The notes under the pieces were generated by a model. That model was given only the letters and a program-made list of their open reading frames with translations, was not told the origin of the DNA and searched no databases. This document shows positions 43,990 to 60,415 of a stretch of DNA of 64,000 nt, piece after piece; the first letter of the stretch is position 1; every line of letters starts with the position of its first letter. A program made the position numbers and the translations under genes. The stretch comes from the human T2T-CHM13v2.0 reference genome, Homo sapiens: the NCBI RefSeq assembly GCF_009914755.1, contig NC_060925.1; one strand, given 5' to 3'.

Positions 43990-44420
43990 GCCCATGTATA
44001 AATAAATATAATGATATTTAGTGTAGTATTAACATTAATAGCAAAATATGAAAAATATCCTAAATGCCCATCAGTATGAAACTAGTTAGCTAAATGTCAA
44101 TGAAATAAAATATAACACAACATAATAAAACGGTGAATTTTCTATTTATGTAACAAAATGGAAAGTATATAAGCTACATTAATAAATGAAAAGGCAAAGA
44201 GCAGATTATTCAATATTTTATGCCATAATCTGCCAAAAAAACTAATATCCACTGAACTATTTATCTAGACGTTTAGAGGGAAACATAAGAAGTAAAATAA
44301 TAGCAGTGGTTATCAGCTTGCAAGATAAAGTATCTTATATAGGTATCAATATTTCACTGCATATGCCTTTTTCTACTTTTTGATTTGAGAATCATGAGAA
44401 TATTCTGTAATACCTATTCA
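43990..44420 (+). mobile_element. Ancient L1ME 3' fragment
   Basis: CCTAAATGCCCATCAG...AAATGAAAAGGCAAAG motifs. Confidence 0.5.
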
Positions 44421-44449
44421 GAAAATTGTATTAAAATGTCATTACATGA

Positions 44450-45223
<774 letters not shown>

Positions 45224-45377
45224 TTTAAAAATGTTCTGATGGGCTTACACCGGTGTATTGGGTTCAGAGAGACCAGATGGGATAGTAGCATAGTGTTTGT
45301 TTTGAAATATGAGGGAGTTAACCATGTGTATGTTAAGAAGAGGTTTTCACATTCAGGATACATTTAAGAAGCCATTA

Positions 45378-45602
45378 AAAGAGTTAGCAAACTATAGCTC
45401 TTGGTTGAAACCATAACTTTGTCTAAATTTTTGTAAATAAGATTTCATTGGAACACAGCTATACCCATTCTTTTACATATTGTCTAGTGCTGCTTTCACA
45501 TTGTAATAGTAGAGTTGAGTGGTTATAGCAATGATTATATTGCATACAAAGACTATAACACTTAGAATATTCCCCTTTAGAGAAAACATTTGCTGGTTCC
45601 TC
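45378..45602. mobile_element. MER58A hAT-Charlie DNA transposon within L2
   Basis: GTTAGCAAACTATAG...TTTTTGTAAATAAG..TTCATTGGAACACAGC...GAGTTGAGTGGTT...CTTTAGAGAAAACATTTGCTG. Confidence 0.8.
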
Positions 45603-47776
45603 ATATAGACCAGAGGATTTTCCAATGAACAGCTTGCGTGGTATTAAATAATGATGAGAGTAAAGGATAACACTGCCATTTTTAGCCTGAGCAACTAGCA
45701 AATTTGAAATTTGAATTACCATTTACTGCCATTTATTGAAACATGGATCACTTAGAATGCAACAAAGTCAGGGTGATGAAGACTAAAAGATTCAGTAGAA
45801 TATAGGATAATTCCCTGAGTATGTCTGCAAGACTACGTGTCCACAGATCCCAGTTTGAGAAACAGTTGTGTAGTAGGATATGAGGAGTAGGATAGGAGGA
45901 GGGTAATTCTAAAGTTCTAAAACTAACAAACCTTTGACCAAATTGTTTAAACTTTCTGATTCTTGACTTTCTCACAAATAAAATCATATGTTCATCTTGG
46001 TAATCACTGGCCTTTTTCTAAACAAAATTCCGTGAAAGAGTTATGAAAATTTTACTACATGCATACAAATTCATTAGGTGTTCCTTTTAAGGGGTTTAAA
46101 GTTAAAGAATGATGCAGGGTAATCTACTTAAAATAACAGGTAATCTGCCCGCTGAAGGTCTTAAGGTAGATGTTAATAAATGATTGTGAAATGAATGAAT
46201 CAGTTTGCTACAATTTGCACATTACATGCTATTATATTCATAAAAGAATGGGAAATTAATATTCATATGTGTTTGTCATTTACATCTTATTTGAAATCCA
46301 TATAATGCAATTCTATTTCAGTATAAAATAGCTTAGTTAATATATCACTATGTATATTTTGTATAAATATAAAAGCATAATACACATAGAAATGTCACAC
46401 ATACATTTGCTTTTGATTCAAATAAAGATATCATAAAAAATTTAACATTTTTGTTTATTAAATTGTATGGCATTGAACTTTAGGAACACTTACATGTCAA
46501 AGCTTATTAAGAGGGAAAATAACCAGTCTAGGTGTCATATAGATGTCCATCAAACTATCATCACACCTCCACTTTGCATTTTAGGTTGATAATTTAGCAT
46601 CAACATAGAGGACTTTGATGACAAACAATTTCAGGGAGTGAAACTGGCAAAGAACATAAGGTATTCTTTTTCAAGTTTAACACCTTACCGTGATGTTTGA
46701 CTTCAAATATAAATGTAGCTACAGTGTAATAAAAAAACAATTTTTTCAGTTGTTTACTATCTCTTCTCTTTATACATTAGAAACTTCCAATTTCTTTAAT
46801 TTCACATTTAAAGGAAGTTTTGATATGAAGAATTGAAGATACAGATATGAAGTACAATAGTCAGTTTCAGCATTTTTAATTGCCAGTCTGTTTCTCTTAT
46901 GTTACAATTTTCAGGCCATTTTTAGGCCTTTCCAAATTACTAAATGCATTAAATGTTACCTGATCTGCTTTTTTTAATTGCTACCTATTTTTTTAAGTAA
47001 TGCTGTCTTTATGATTTCTTTTTTGCCCATGTGCATATTCTCTTATTTCACTGTAGGAATGGTGAAACTCTGGATCTAGAATTTAACTATATCCAATTTT
47101 CATGAGAGTAGAAATGTATATTATTCTATTAAAGCTCTATAAAGACTAAATTTGCATCCCTCCAAAAAATGTAAAGTAGCAATGTCATCACTCTTGCACA
47201 TCCTCTTTGAAACTTCGTTTTCATCATCTGTGAAATTTTTTTGTGTTTTTTTTCTCTGCTTTATCAAATTACGTTCTCAGGTCAGTCAACAATTGAAATT
47301 GCGTACAACTTGGCATGATCTAATCGTATGAGTTTTGAAATTGCACCTGTGTTTTAGCTAAAAATTTGTTGTGCATGTAAATAAATTATATAAAACAAGT
47401 TTATAAACATATATGCATGTATAATTATTTGTTCTAATCCATATTCCTTACTTTATTATCTTATGTATAAATTATGTAAAGATAGCATCAGAATATGTAA
47501 TATAAATTTTTTAAAGCAATCCTGCCCACACTCTAGAAAAGTGAGCTTACAGGTATGCTATTAAAAAACTACTTATCCTCTTCATCCTCTAGGTCCCACA
47601 AGCAACAGAAATATGTATGTTATTATTTCATAAGTAAAGCATAACTGTCTTATATTTAAAAACAATGAAATACTTTTCTCTATTAATAAGCAAAAATATC
47701 AACCAATAATTTTTCTTACATTTTATTTTTATCAAAACATTAAATAGGAAAACAGCCTTTCTTAAAAAAAAAAAAT

Positions 47777-48538
<762 letters not shown>

Positions 48539-48725
48539 TCCTTCCAGAAATTTTGCTATGAATTTACATATTTACTTCTCATACATATATCTAGTTATTT
48601 CCATTACATATTGCTCTGCAACTTGCTTTTAGTTTTACACTTAGCAGTATGTCAAAAGTGTTTGCATGTGGATACATTTAAGTCTACCACATTCAAATAG
48701 CTGCACGGTTTCTCATATTAAGGAT

Positions 48726-49058
48726 TGCCTTGGTCAATTTCTACTGCTATTACAGGATATCATAGACTAGATGGCTTGAACAACAAACATCTATTTCTCA
48801 CAGTTCTGGAGGCTGAGAAGTATAAGATCAAGGTGCTGGCAAATCAGGTTTCTGGTACTAATTTGCAGATTGCCATCTTCTTCTGGAGCCTCAGACAGCA
48901 GAGAGCAGAGAGAGGAAGTAAACTGTCCAGTTTCTTCTTATAGTGTCACTAGTATCATTAATGAAGCCTCTATCCTCTGACTTAATTACCTGCCAAAGTA
49001 CCACCTCCAAAATTTAACATATGAATTCTGTGAGGACATAAATATGGAGTCCATAGTA
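48726..49058 (-). mobile_element. MLT1A-like MaLR LTR
   Basis: TATTTCTCACAGTTCTGGAGGCTG...GATCAAGGTGCTGGCA...AACATATGAATT..GAGGACATAAA..AGTCCATAG. Confidence 0.8.
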
Positions 49059-49139
49059 ACGATAAATCATAAGTAATTTAAGTTTTACTATTTTAGGACA
49101 TTTCAAAAATTGCAAATAATATCTAATAAATGTTCTTAT

Positions 49140-49335
49140 ATAATGCAGTGTACTGAGTAAGAGTATGGGCTCCAGATTCAGACTTCACTGATACGCAGTG
49201 AAGTCTGTAAAAATCAGTATGAGAGTGTATGCCTCATACTTGTTTCGACAATTAGAAAATACAATACAAATAAAGTACTTTAGCAGGACCTGGAATATAC
49301 TACGTTTTCAATAATGTGAGCTACAGCTATGGTTA
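49140..49335 (+). mobile_element. MIR with deleted or rearranged core
   Basis: TAAGAGTATGGGCTCCAGA.TCAGAC start and TCAATAATGTGAGCTA end. Confidence 0.6.
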
Positions 49336-50179
49336 TATTCACAATATAAAAACTATTTCATGAACACAGAAACACATAGTTAAACTATTTGAGAATTTCT
49401 ACAGTATTTGGTAGTCATCATTGCTTTGAATCCTACAAAGCCTACCCAGGTTTTTCAGTGGCTTCCCTATCAGAAGGCCCTAGATGAGTATCACCTGCAA
49501 AGATCCTTGCTTTCTGCTATACCCCCAAACTACCACCAGTCTCCAAGGCTCCCATGTAAGCCCCACTTCACAGAGAGCCTTTCCATCGGAAACTGACAGG
49601 ATAGATGGTATATTTGTGAGGGCAAATATCTGGGCTGTGGGAACTGTAGCCTAAATAGTGTACTATTTTAATATTAAATAACTGTCTAGTACCCCTTAAG
49701 ATTATTCTTGCTATTATTAAATATAGTAATTAATTAATGCAAAAACAATTATTAATATATTGCTATTATTACACACATTTTGCATGGAAAATTTATGTGA
49801 GAAATTATACTTTTTAAGGATATTTTATAGATATATAAGTAGTCAGGTGTCTTATAGTAGTTTTAAGATACCATTTCATTTGGGGTGAGGACAGGCTTTT
49901 TTGTTTTTCTCTATTGCAAGGAACCTTAACATTGTCATATTGAAGTAAACTGTCTCATTTATTTAGTTGCTTTTAATTGTTTTTTAACCTTTTTACTATT
50001 TTTAAATCAGTTTTACTATGATGTTCCTATTTGTTGCTTTTTTAAAATTTATTTTTCTCATGATTCCTAGCTCTTTAAAAATTAGTGAATGGAAGTCTTT
50101 CAGCAGTTTTGGATAATAAGTTGACATCATGTCATCAGTTGTTTCTGCTTCCATTTCTGTATCTTCCTATTCTGGGCTC

Positions 50180-50811
50180 TGTTTTAGGTAGAATTCTAAG
50201 ATGGCCCCATGATATTTATTCTCTGTTGTTAGTACCATAATTATATAATGTGTATGGCAAAAGGGATTTTGTGCTTTTATTTAAGCTCGCTTATCAGTTA
50301 ACCTTAAGATACGGAGATTATTCACATAGGCCAGACATTTACATGAACACACTAAAAGTAGAGTTTTCTGGGGTCACAGAGAGAAAGTCAGAGGTAGGAA
50401 GCATGATGGAAATTTGACATGAGACATCCTGCTACAGACTATGGCATGAGAAAGCATGTGAGAGAGCCTGTGAGAAGGCGCATGGCCCAGAACTGCAAGT
50501 AGCCAGGAGCTGAGAGTGTTTTCCAGTTCACAGCCAGCAAGAAAAAGGAGTCTGCATTCCTACCACAGCAAGGAACTAAATTCTCACAACTAGCTGAATG
50601 AGCTTGTTAGCAAATATTTATCCAGAATCTCTAAGTAAGAATCCAGTTTGGCCATATCTTATTAATGTCAGCCTGTGGGACACTAAGAAGAGAATCTTGT
50701 GGAGAACACCTCGATTGCTAATCTGCAAAACTGTAAGATAATACATGGTTTTAAGCTTCTAAGTATATGGTAATTTGTTTTGCAAATTTGCAGCAATAGA
50801 AGACTAATACA
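50180..50811 (+). mobile_element. MLT1 (E/F-like) 5' LTR
   Basis: AGAATTCTAAGATGGCCCC start, CAGCCAGCAAGAAAA, and GCAGCAATAGAAGACTAATACA end. Confidence 0.8.
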
Positions 50812-51990
50812 GAGTTTGTTACCAAGAGTTGGGTACTATGCTTAAGAATATCTAAAAATGTGGAAATGGCTTTGTAGTCAGGAAGTAGGTGGATGCTGGA
50901 AGAAAATTTGAAAAAAAAGTTTGGGGAGACTACTAGAAAAATCACAGATTTCCTCAAACAGACTATTAGTAGAAAAGTAGACATCAAAGACCATGCTGGT
51001 GAGGGCTCAGAAGAAAGTAAAGGAGCATTATGAAGAAATCATAAATTGCCTAACAGAAAGCTTAAATCACAATGAACAGAATATTACCACAAATCTGGAC
51101 ATTAAGAACATTGCCAATGATGGCTCAGAAGGAAGTAAGAAACATATTAGAAACTGAAGGAAGGAATCATTTTGTTTTATAGTGGCAGAATCTTAGTAAC
51201 ATTGTGTTCTCCAGTTATTTGGAAAGCTAAACTTGTGAGTGATGAACCTGGGTATATAGCTAAAAAGATTTCTGAACAAAGCTGGTTTCTTCTTACTGCT
51301 CATGGTATAAAGCAACAGAGGAGAGAAAATCGAGAGGACTTTTGAGCAGAAATAAGCCAGGATATAATATTTTATAAATCTCAGACTCTTCTGATGGCAA
51401 AGGGCCAAAAGTCAAAAGTTGCTGCCGAAAGTTTGTTATAGAGAAAAGGCTGAGTGTGTGACTATGATAATCTTTTGCTGAGATCTCAGAAAGACCAAAA
51501 GGTTAGAGTGCACACTCTGTTTTAAGAGATTAAGGATATTTTTCAGAGTTCTTCTCAATGAAATCAGGGAACCTCTAGGAGAAGGTAAAAGGTGTTGTCC
51601 CTCTGCCAACTGAACAGAAGCCAAAAATATAATATAAATTATATCAGACAAACATGTAGATATGGCTTATGTCTAATAAAATAAAATTCAATGTAATTAA
51701 TACAATACCCCAAAATTCTTGAGAAATTTATTGAAGTAGACATACTGTCAGTGTAGACTGAAAGGGACAGAGAGAGTACCAAACGAAGGAAGGCTACTAG
51801 ATACCCTAAATTCTACAGGCAGGAAGCAAACTGATAAAACCACTCAGCTGTAATGCTACAAAAAGGAAAAGGAAAAGGAAAGATGACTCAGCAGATGGAG
51901 TCAAAATCCCAGTGGCCAAAGACTAGAGCTAATGAAGATTATTTGCAGACTTTGAACTCTAATTGAAGAAATATTGCTGGAATTAGTCCA
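50812..51990 (+). mobile_element. MLT1 internal sequence (MaLR-int)
   Basis: Directly abuts the LTR. AAAAATGTGGAAATGGCTTTG and GGTGAGGGCTCAGAAG are MaLR-int motifs. Confidence 0.75.
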
Positions 51991-52489
51991 GCAATATTTT
52001 TTACGGTTGAAAAATAGTGATATACTTCGAATGTTTGTCACTAACAAAATAAAAGATTTGACACAGAAAATCACAATGCAAAATAATTGTGTTATTCACA
52101 AGCTATAATATTTACAATGTTTAAGAGAAAGGGCTCCTGTCATCTTAGGCACCTTCATGAAAATAAAGTTCTTTTCATTCGCTTAAAAGAACTTAAGCAA
52201 AAGTTGTGTGACGTACACATTCTTTACTCATTTTAAATTAAATTATATGCAACATTATTTAAAGATAATAGCATAATTTAAATGTGAGGACCTGCTTGCA
52301 TGCCCTTTGATAGGCTCAAGTAAGAGACTATTATAGGAAGGTGCCCTTGAAGGGCTCCGTAGGGCTCCAGTATAACCTCAACCTACCACACATGGCCATC
52401 ACTCGGAAATTAGCTCTTGAATTGGAAGGAGCACTAGAAAAGTATGTGTTTAAAATACACTGGAATGAATAATTTTTTTCCTAGAGTAT

Positions 52490-55400
52490 TTTTAACTTTG
52501 TTTAATTGTGGTAAAATAGTCATAATGTAAAATTTACTATTGTAACCATTTTTAAATTTACAATTCAGGGCATTATGTATATTCACAACATTTTTGAATA
52601 TGCTGTTAGCACCATCCATCTCTAGAACATTTTTATCATTTCGAACTGAAAATTTACACCCAAAAAACAGTAAATCTTCATCCCTCTCTCTTCCCAGTAT
52701 CTGGTAAACACTATTCTACTTTCTATCTCTATGTATTTGCCTTTTCTATGTACCTCAGATAAGTAAAATTATGCAATATTTGCTCTTTCTTTGTGGCTAA
52801 TTTCACTTAGCATAATGTTTTCAAGGTTCATCCATGTTAAAACATGTATTAGAAGTTTATTCCTTTTAAAGTCTGGATTATATTCCTGTGTGTGTGTATG
52901 TGTGTATGTATACAATATTTTATATTTGTGTGCAAAACTGAATTCTAAAGAATTTAATTTTGCAATTACTGATTTTCCTGAGATCCTAAAGGGTTAATGT
53001 GCTTTTGGAATTTTCTCTGGGTTTTTGGCTTTGTTTTGTTGGTTGGTTGATTGGTTTTAATTTCAACTTTTATTTTAAATTCAGGGGGTACATATACACA
53101 CACAACACAACATGCATTTATCCATTCATCTTGTCATGACCACTTAGGTTGATTCCACCTTGTAGCTATTATGAATAATGCTGCTATAAACATTTTATAC
53201 AAATATCTATTCAGGTGTTCGCTTTCATTACTTTTAGGTATGTGCACAGAAGTTGAATTGCTGGCTCATATGCTAATTCTATAATTATTTGAGCAAACAA
53301 ATTATTCGAGGAAACATACACTTTCTACAGTGGCTGCCTAATTTTACTGTCCTACCAGCAATGCACAAGGCTGCTAAATTCTTCACATTAGTGCCAACAT
53401 TTGTTTTCCATTTGTTTTTCTTCTTATAATAGCAATCCACTTGTGAAGTGGTATCTCATTTTGCTTTGATTTGCATTTCCTTAATGATTAATAACACTGA
53501 ATATCTTTTCATGTGCTTATTGAACATTTATGTATTTTTCTGTGTTTTTTCCTGGTAAGAACATTTGTTGAGAGAAAATGTTCAATATTTGCACTAAAAG
53601 ATTAGCAGTCTTTGTGGATTTTATATTTGTGTGCAAAACTGAATTCTAAATAATTTAATTTTGCAATTACTGATTTTCCTGAGATCTTAAAGGGTTAATA
53701 TGCTTTTGGAATTTTCTCTGGGTTTTTTGGTTTGTTTTTTTGGTTTGTTGATTGGTTTTAATTTCAACTTTTATTTTAAATTCAGGGGATACATATGCAG
53801 GTTTTTTTTCATGGGTATATTGTGTGATGCTGAGGTTTATGGCATGGAGGTAGTGGATTATTCTCAGGTAATGAGAATAGTACCCAATAGGTAGTTTTCC
53901 AATCCATGCCCCACTTCCTCCTTCTCTCATCTAGTAGTCTGCAGTGTCTACTGTTTCCATGTTTATGTCCACATATATATACTCTATGGTTTTGGAGAAC
54001 TGATCACTAAAATTGTTTGCCCTTTTGAAAAATAGGTTGTTTGGGTTTTTGTGTTGCTGATAACCTATAGGAGCTTTTTTTATATATTCTAAATATTAAC
54101 TCTTTATAAGATATACGATTAGCAAATATGTTCTCTCATTCCATGTGTTGCCTTTTCACTCTGTTTTTAGTATCCTTTAAAAAATGTTGATCAAGTCCAA
54201 TATATCTAATTTTTCTTATATTACCTGTGCTTTTGATATTCTTTCAAGAAGTAATTATTGCCAAATCGAATGACATGAATAATTTTCCCTATTTTTAAAG
54301 ATTTTTATACTTTTAACTTTTATGCTTAAACTTTAAAATATTTTGAGTTTTCTGTATATAAGGAAAAGACTCATATTTCTTATTTTGCATGTGGTTATAT
54401 CATTTTCCATTTCTGAGAAGATTGCTATTTTCCTTATTGAATGTTCTTGTCACTTTTGTTGAAAACCCTTTGACCATATATGTGAGGTTTTATTTCTGGG
54501 CTCTCTATTCAGCTTCATTGGTCTATATGTTTTTCTTTATGCCAGTAATTCACTGTTTTGATTACTATAACAACTTTGTAGTAAGTATTGAAATCATGAA
54601 GTGAGAGTACTCCAACTTTGTTATTTATTTTCAGTATTGTTAAGGTTACCTGGGTCCCTTAAGAATCCAAATGAACTTTAGGAAGAATGTTTCTATTTCT
54701 GCAAACATTATCCTTGGGATTTGATAGAAATTGCATTGAATCTGTAGAATGCATTTGGTCATGCTCACAATATTAAGTCTTTCCATCTATGAGCACAAAT
54801 GTCTTTGAGCTTGTGTCTTTAGTTACTTTCACCAACATTTTGTAATTTTCAATGTACAAGTATTTTATCTCCTTAAGTTTTTTCTAGGTATTTTATTCTT
54901 TTTATTTTTATATAAAATGGACTTTTTTCTTATTTTTATTTTTATTGTTACTATACAGAAATACAACTTTTTTGTTAATATTGTATCATGCAACATTGTT
55001 GAATTTTTAAATTTGTTCTAACAGTTTGGTTTTTTGTGGACCTTTGAGTTTTTTTCGTACAGCATCATGCCATCTCTGAACAGAAATCATTTTACTTTTT
55101 CTTTCCAATTTAATTGCCTTTTACTTTTGTTTCTTTCTGAATTTCTGTGACTATAACTTTCAATACCGTGTTAGAAACTTTCCATATTGTGTTACTGAAC
55201 TGGTGAAAGCAGGCATCCTTATCTTCTTCCTTTTCCTAGCATAAAAGCTTTCAGAATTTTATCATTGCATATGATATTACCTGTAGGCTTCTCATATATG
55301 TTCATTATTATAATGAAAAAGTTTCCTTGTAATCCTGGTATGTTGGGCATTAAAAAAAACACAAAAGTGAACTAAATTTTGTCAAATGCTTTATCTAATA
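52490..55400 (-). mobile_element. L1MB-like 3' part with two internal insertions
   Basis: TTTAATTGTGGTAAAATA...AAATTTACTATT 3'UTR, then antisense ORF2. Confidence 0.8.
53760..53975 (-). mobile_element. Short L1PB4/L1PA17-like 3'UTR nested in L1MB
   Basis: TTTCAACTTTTATTTTAAATTCAGGGG.TACATATGCAGG...GATGCTGAGGTTT...TAGTACCCAATAGGTAGTTTT. Confidence 0.75.
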
Positions 55401-55599
55401 AACTACCTTTCTGTCTGATTACATGCTTTGCTTGATTTTTAATCTTATTAAGTGTTTTTACATCAGTCTTACTGCTTATCAGTCTATCCTGGAGAATATT
55501 TCGTATGTTCTCAAAAAAAACCCCATAATTTTCTGTTGGTGAAGTAATTACAAATACCATCTTATGTTAGTTAGTAGTTTATTATTATTATATAGTGCA

Positions 55600-56940
<1,341 letters not shown>

Positions 56941-57380
56941 TGTCAAAACACCAGCTAAAACACACTTGAAATATTCCATTTCATCACCAAAGAAAGGGAA
57001 GTAATCTCAAATTTGTATTATCCTCAGCTTCACAAAACTAAAGTATCTTACACTGAGTTAACACAACTGACATCTTTTAATCATAGGTGAGGGATTCATG
57101 ACAAAGTGAAGATTTAGTGATATTAAAGATAGAACTATAAATATTGCATTACAGTATTAGAGACAATAATTATAATAACTATTTTTACTAGTGCTCAAAT
57201 GTACTTTAATTGAATAATGTCACATTGGCTCTGGATATTACTGAAATAACATGAAATAAGGAAGATAGGAATATAAACTACAGAGAATGCACATTAAAGC
57301 ATCAAGTCAAAAGTTTTTTTTTTTTTTAATTTAGAAGGCAAATCTTTGTGACTCAGAGACAATAAAAGAACCAATCAAGA

Positions 57381-57706
<326 letters not shown>

Positions 57707-59220
57707 TTAAACTGCAACAGTAGTTGTTTTAACATTATATAGTTTAGGAAACTCTAATTTTAAAGTGTACATGGCTCAACTATGTAAATAAAATGAATAA
57801 TACTGAACACAGAGGGTATTTCCTATAAAGAGCAACTACAACTCAGCTCTGACTACTTTTCCTCAGGCAAGAGGCCTGTCACACTATTAGAGAGATCTGA
57901 TTATTTTATGAGAAGACAGTAAGTCAGATCTTTAAAATGTGAAATGTCCTGAAAAAAATGCATTACATGTATATTTCTAAGTGTGTATATATAGATATAC
58001 ACATACTTAACCAGATTTTACACCTCTAATATAGACATGTGTATATTTTTTCGAGCAGCTTCAAAAACATGTATCCTCATGAACATCTCAATGTCATGTA
58101 GTCAATGAAATTGAACTGTAACATTTTAGACAGCTGTCAAAATCAGCTCAATCCAAATTATGAGTTAGCATAATATTAAGTTTTACATTCCTCAAGAAAT
58201 AAGGCAGAATGACTTATTGATAAATAAAAATTAGTCAGTTTTTATAACCAATTTATAAGAATATTGTTAAATGGAAGAATTTTCGATAAAATTATTAGAA
58301 TAAATACCACTTAGCTATATCATCTTCAAAATAGAGGTTTAAGTTAAAGAAACCACCTAATAAAACAAACATTTGTTAAACTTTTACTGTGTTCCAGGCA
58401 CTCTGCTAAACAACAGACATATAAATGTGAAAAGGCCATGGTTAATGAGATGTATAGTACTGCATATGTTTTTTTAAAAAAATATTCTTTTGTATATACA
58501 TATACTGCAGACAGAGGAAGAAAGTCGTTTAAATTTTCAATAGTGTGATTAGGCAAGGCATTTCAAGAACAATTCTATTTCTGGTAATTTATTTTTCATT
58601 GATAATTAGAGTTATAGGCAAGAAGGTTGTTACAAGAAACTTATTCATAATATAGATATGTAATTTAATATTCAACATGGAAAAATTTATGAACTGCATA
58701 AATAAGATTGAACACGCTGACATTAAAATTATGCTTTCAGGTACATTAAATGATAAATAAATATTCACAATAATATTGTGAGGTGAACACAGTGTGTAAA
58801 TATATAAACAGTGTGATTCCTACTTGATGTTTTTATAGAAAAGTAGATAAGGGAGTATGAAGAAATGTGGGTGGAATTATAGATAGATAAGTAAACATAT
58901 AGATATGGATAGAGTAAGCAGCCATTACAAATATTTTGTTGTATATCTGATTCATATGATTATATAAGATTTCTTTCTTTATACACTTCTGGAATGTTTA
59001 AATGTTTATATGGAGATTCCATATTAAATTCCTAATCAGAACATAAAATTAAAGACCTTTCTCTGGCTACCTACTCTCTAGCCCACTTCCTCATTCTGTG
59101 AGAGTTATATGCTTCCTTTGAATTCAGTACCCGCATAAACATCTTTGCATTAAAAATAATCATAAGTGATCATGACTTTATCACCTTTAAGAAACTGTAA
59201 CCTCTTGAAAAGCAGAAATC

Positions 59221-60415
59221 TTTTAAGAAGTGTCTGTTCATATCCTTCACCCACTTTTTGATGGGGTTGTTTGATTTTTATTGTAAATTTGTTTAAGTTC
59301 CTTGTAGATTCTGAATGTTAGACCTTTGCCAGATGGATAGATTGCAGAAATTTTCTTCTATTCTGTAGGTTACCTGTTCACTATGATGGTAGTTTATATT
59401 GCTATGCAGAAGCTCTTTAGTTTAATTAGATCCCATTTGTCAATTTTGGCTTTTGTTGCCATTGCTTTTGGTGTTTGAGTCATGAAGTCTTTGCCCATGC
59501 TTATGTCCTGAATGATATTGCCTAGGTTTTCTTCCAGGGTTTTTATGGTTTTAGGTCTTACATTTAAGTCTTTAATCCATCTTGAGTTAATTTTTGTATA
59601 AGGTATAAGGAAGGGGTCCAGTTTCAGTTTTCTGCTTATGACTAGCCAGTTTTTGCAGCACCATTTATTAAATAGGGAATCTTTTCTACATTGCTTGATT
59701 TTTGTCAGGTTTGTCAAAGATCAGATGGTTGTAGATGTGTGGTGTTATTTCTGAGGCCTCTGTTCTGTTCCATTGGGCTATATACCTGTTTTGGTACCAG
59801 TATCATGCTGTTTTGGTTACTGTAGCCTTGTAGTATAGTTTGAAGTCAGGTGGTGTGATGCCTCCAGCTTTGTTCTTTTTGCTTAGGATTGTCTTTGCTA
59901 TATGGGCTCTTTTTTGTTTCCATATGAAATTTAAAGTAGTTTATTCTAATTCTGTGAGGAAAGTCAGTGGTAGTTTGATGGGAATAGCAGTGAATCCATA
60001 AATTACTTGGGCCAGTATGGCCATTTTCATGATATTGATTCTTCCTATCCATGAGCATGGAATGTTTTTCTATTTGTTTGCGTCCTCTCTTATTTCTGTG
60101 AGCAGTGGTTTGTAGTTCTCCTTGAAGAAGTCCTTTACGTCCCTTGTAAGTTGTATTTCTAGATATTTTATTCTGAACAATGAGAACACATGGACGCAGG
60201 GAGGGGAACATCACACACCGGGGCCTGTCAGGGGGTGAAGTGCAAGGGGAGGGAGAGCATTAAGACAAATACCTAATGCATGCAGGGCTAAAAGCCTACA
60301 TGATTGGTTTATGGGTGCGTGCGGCAAGTGACTATGGCACATTTATATCTATGTAACAAAGCTGCACATTCTGCACATGTATCCCAGAACTTAAAGTATT
60401 ATATTAATAATAATG
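59221..60415 (+). mobile_element. L1PA8-like, 5'-truncated with 5' inversion (twin priming)
   Basis: Antisense ORF2 at 59221-~60173, then sense 3'UTR (GAGAGCATTAAGACAAATACCTAATGCATGC) to an A/T-rich tail. Imperfect TSD TTGAAAA(G)CAGA. Confidence 0.85.
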
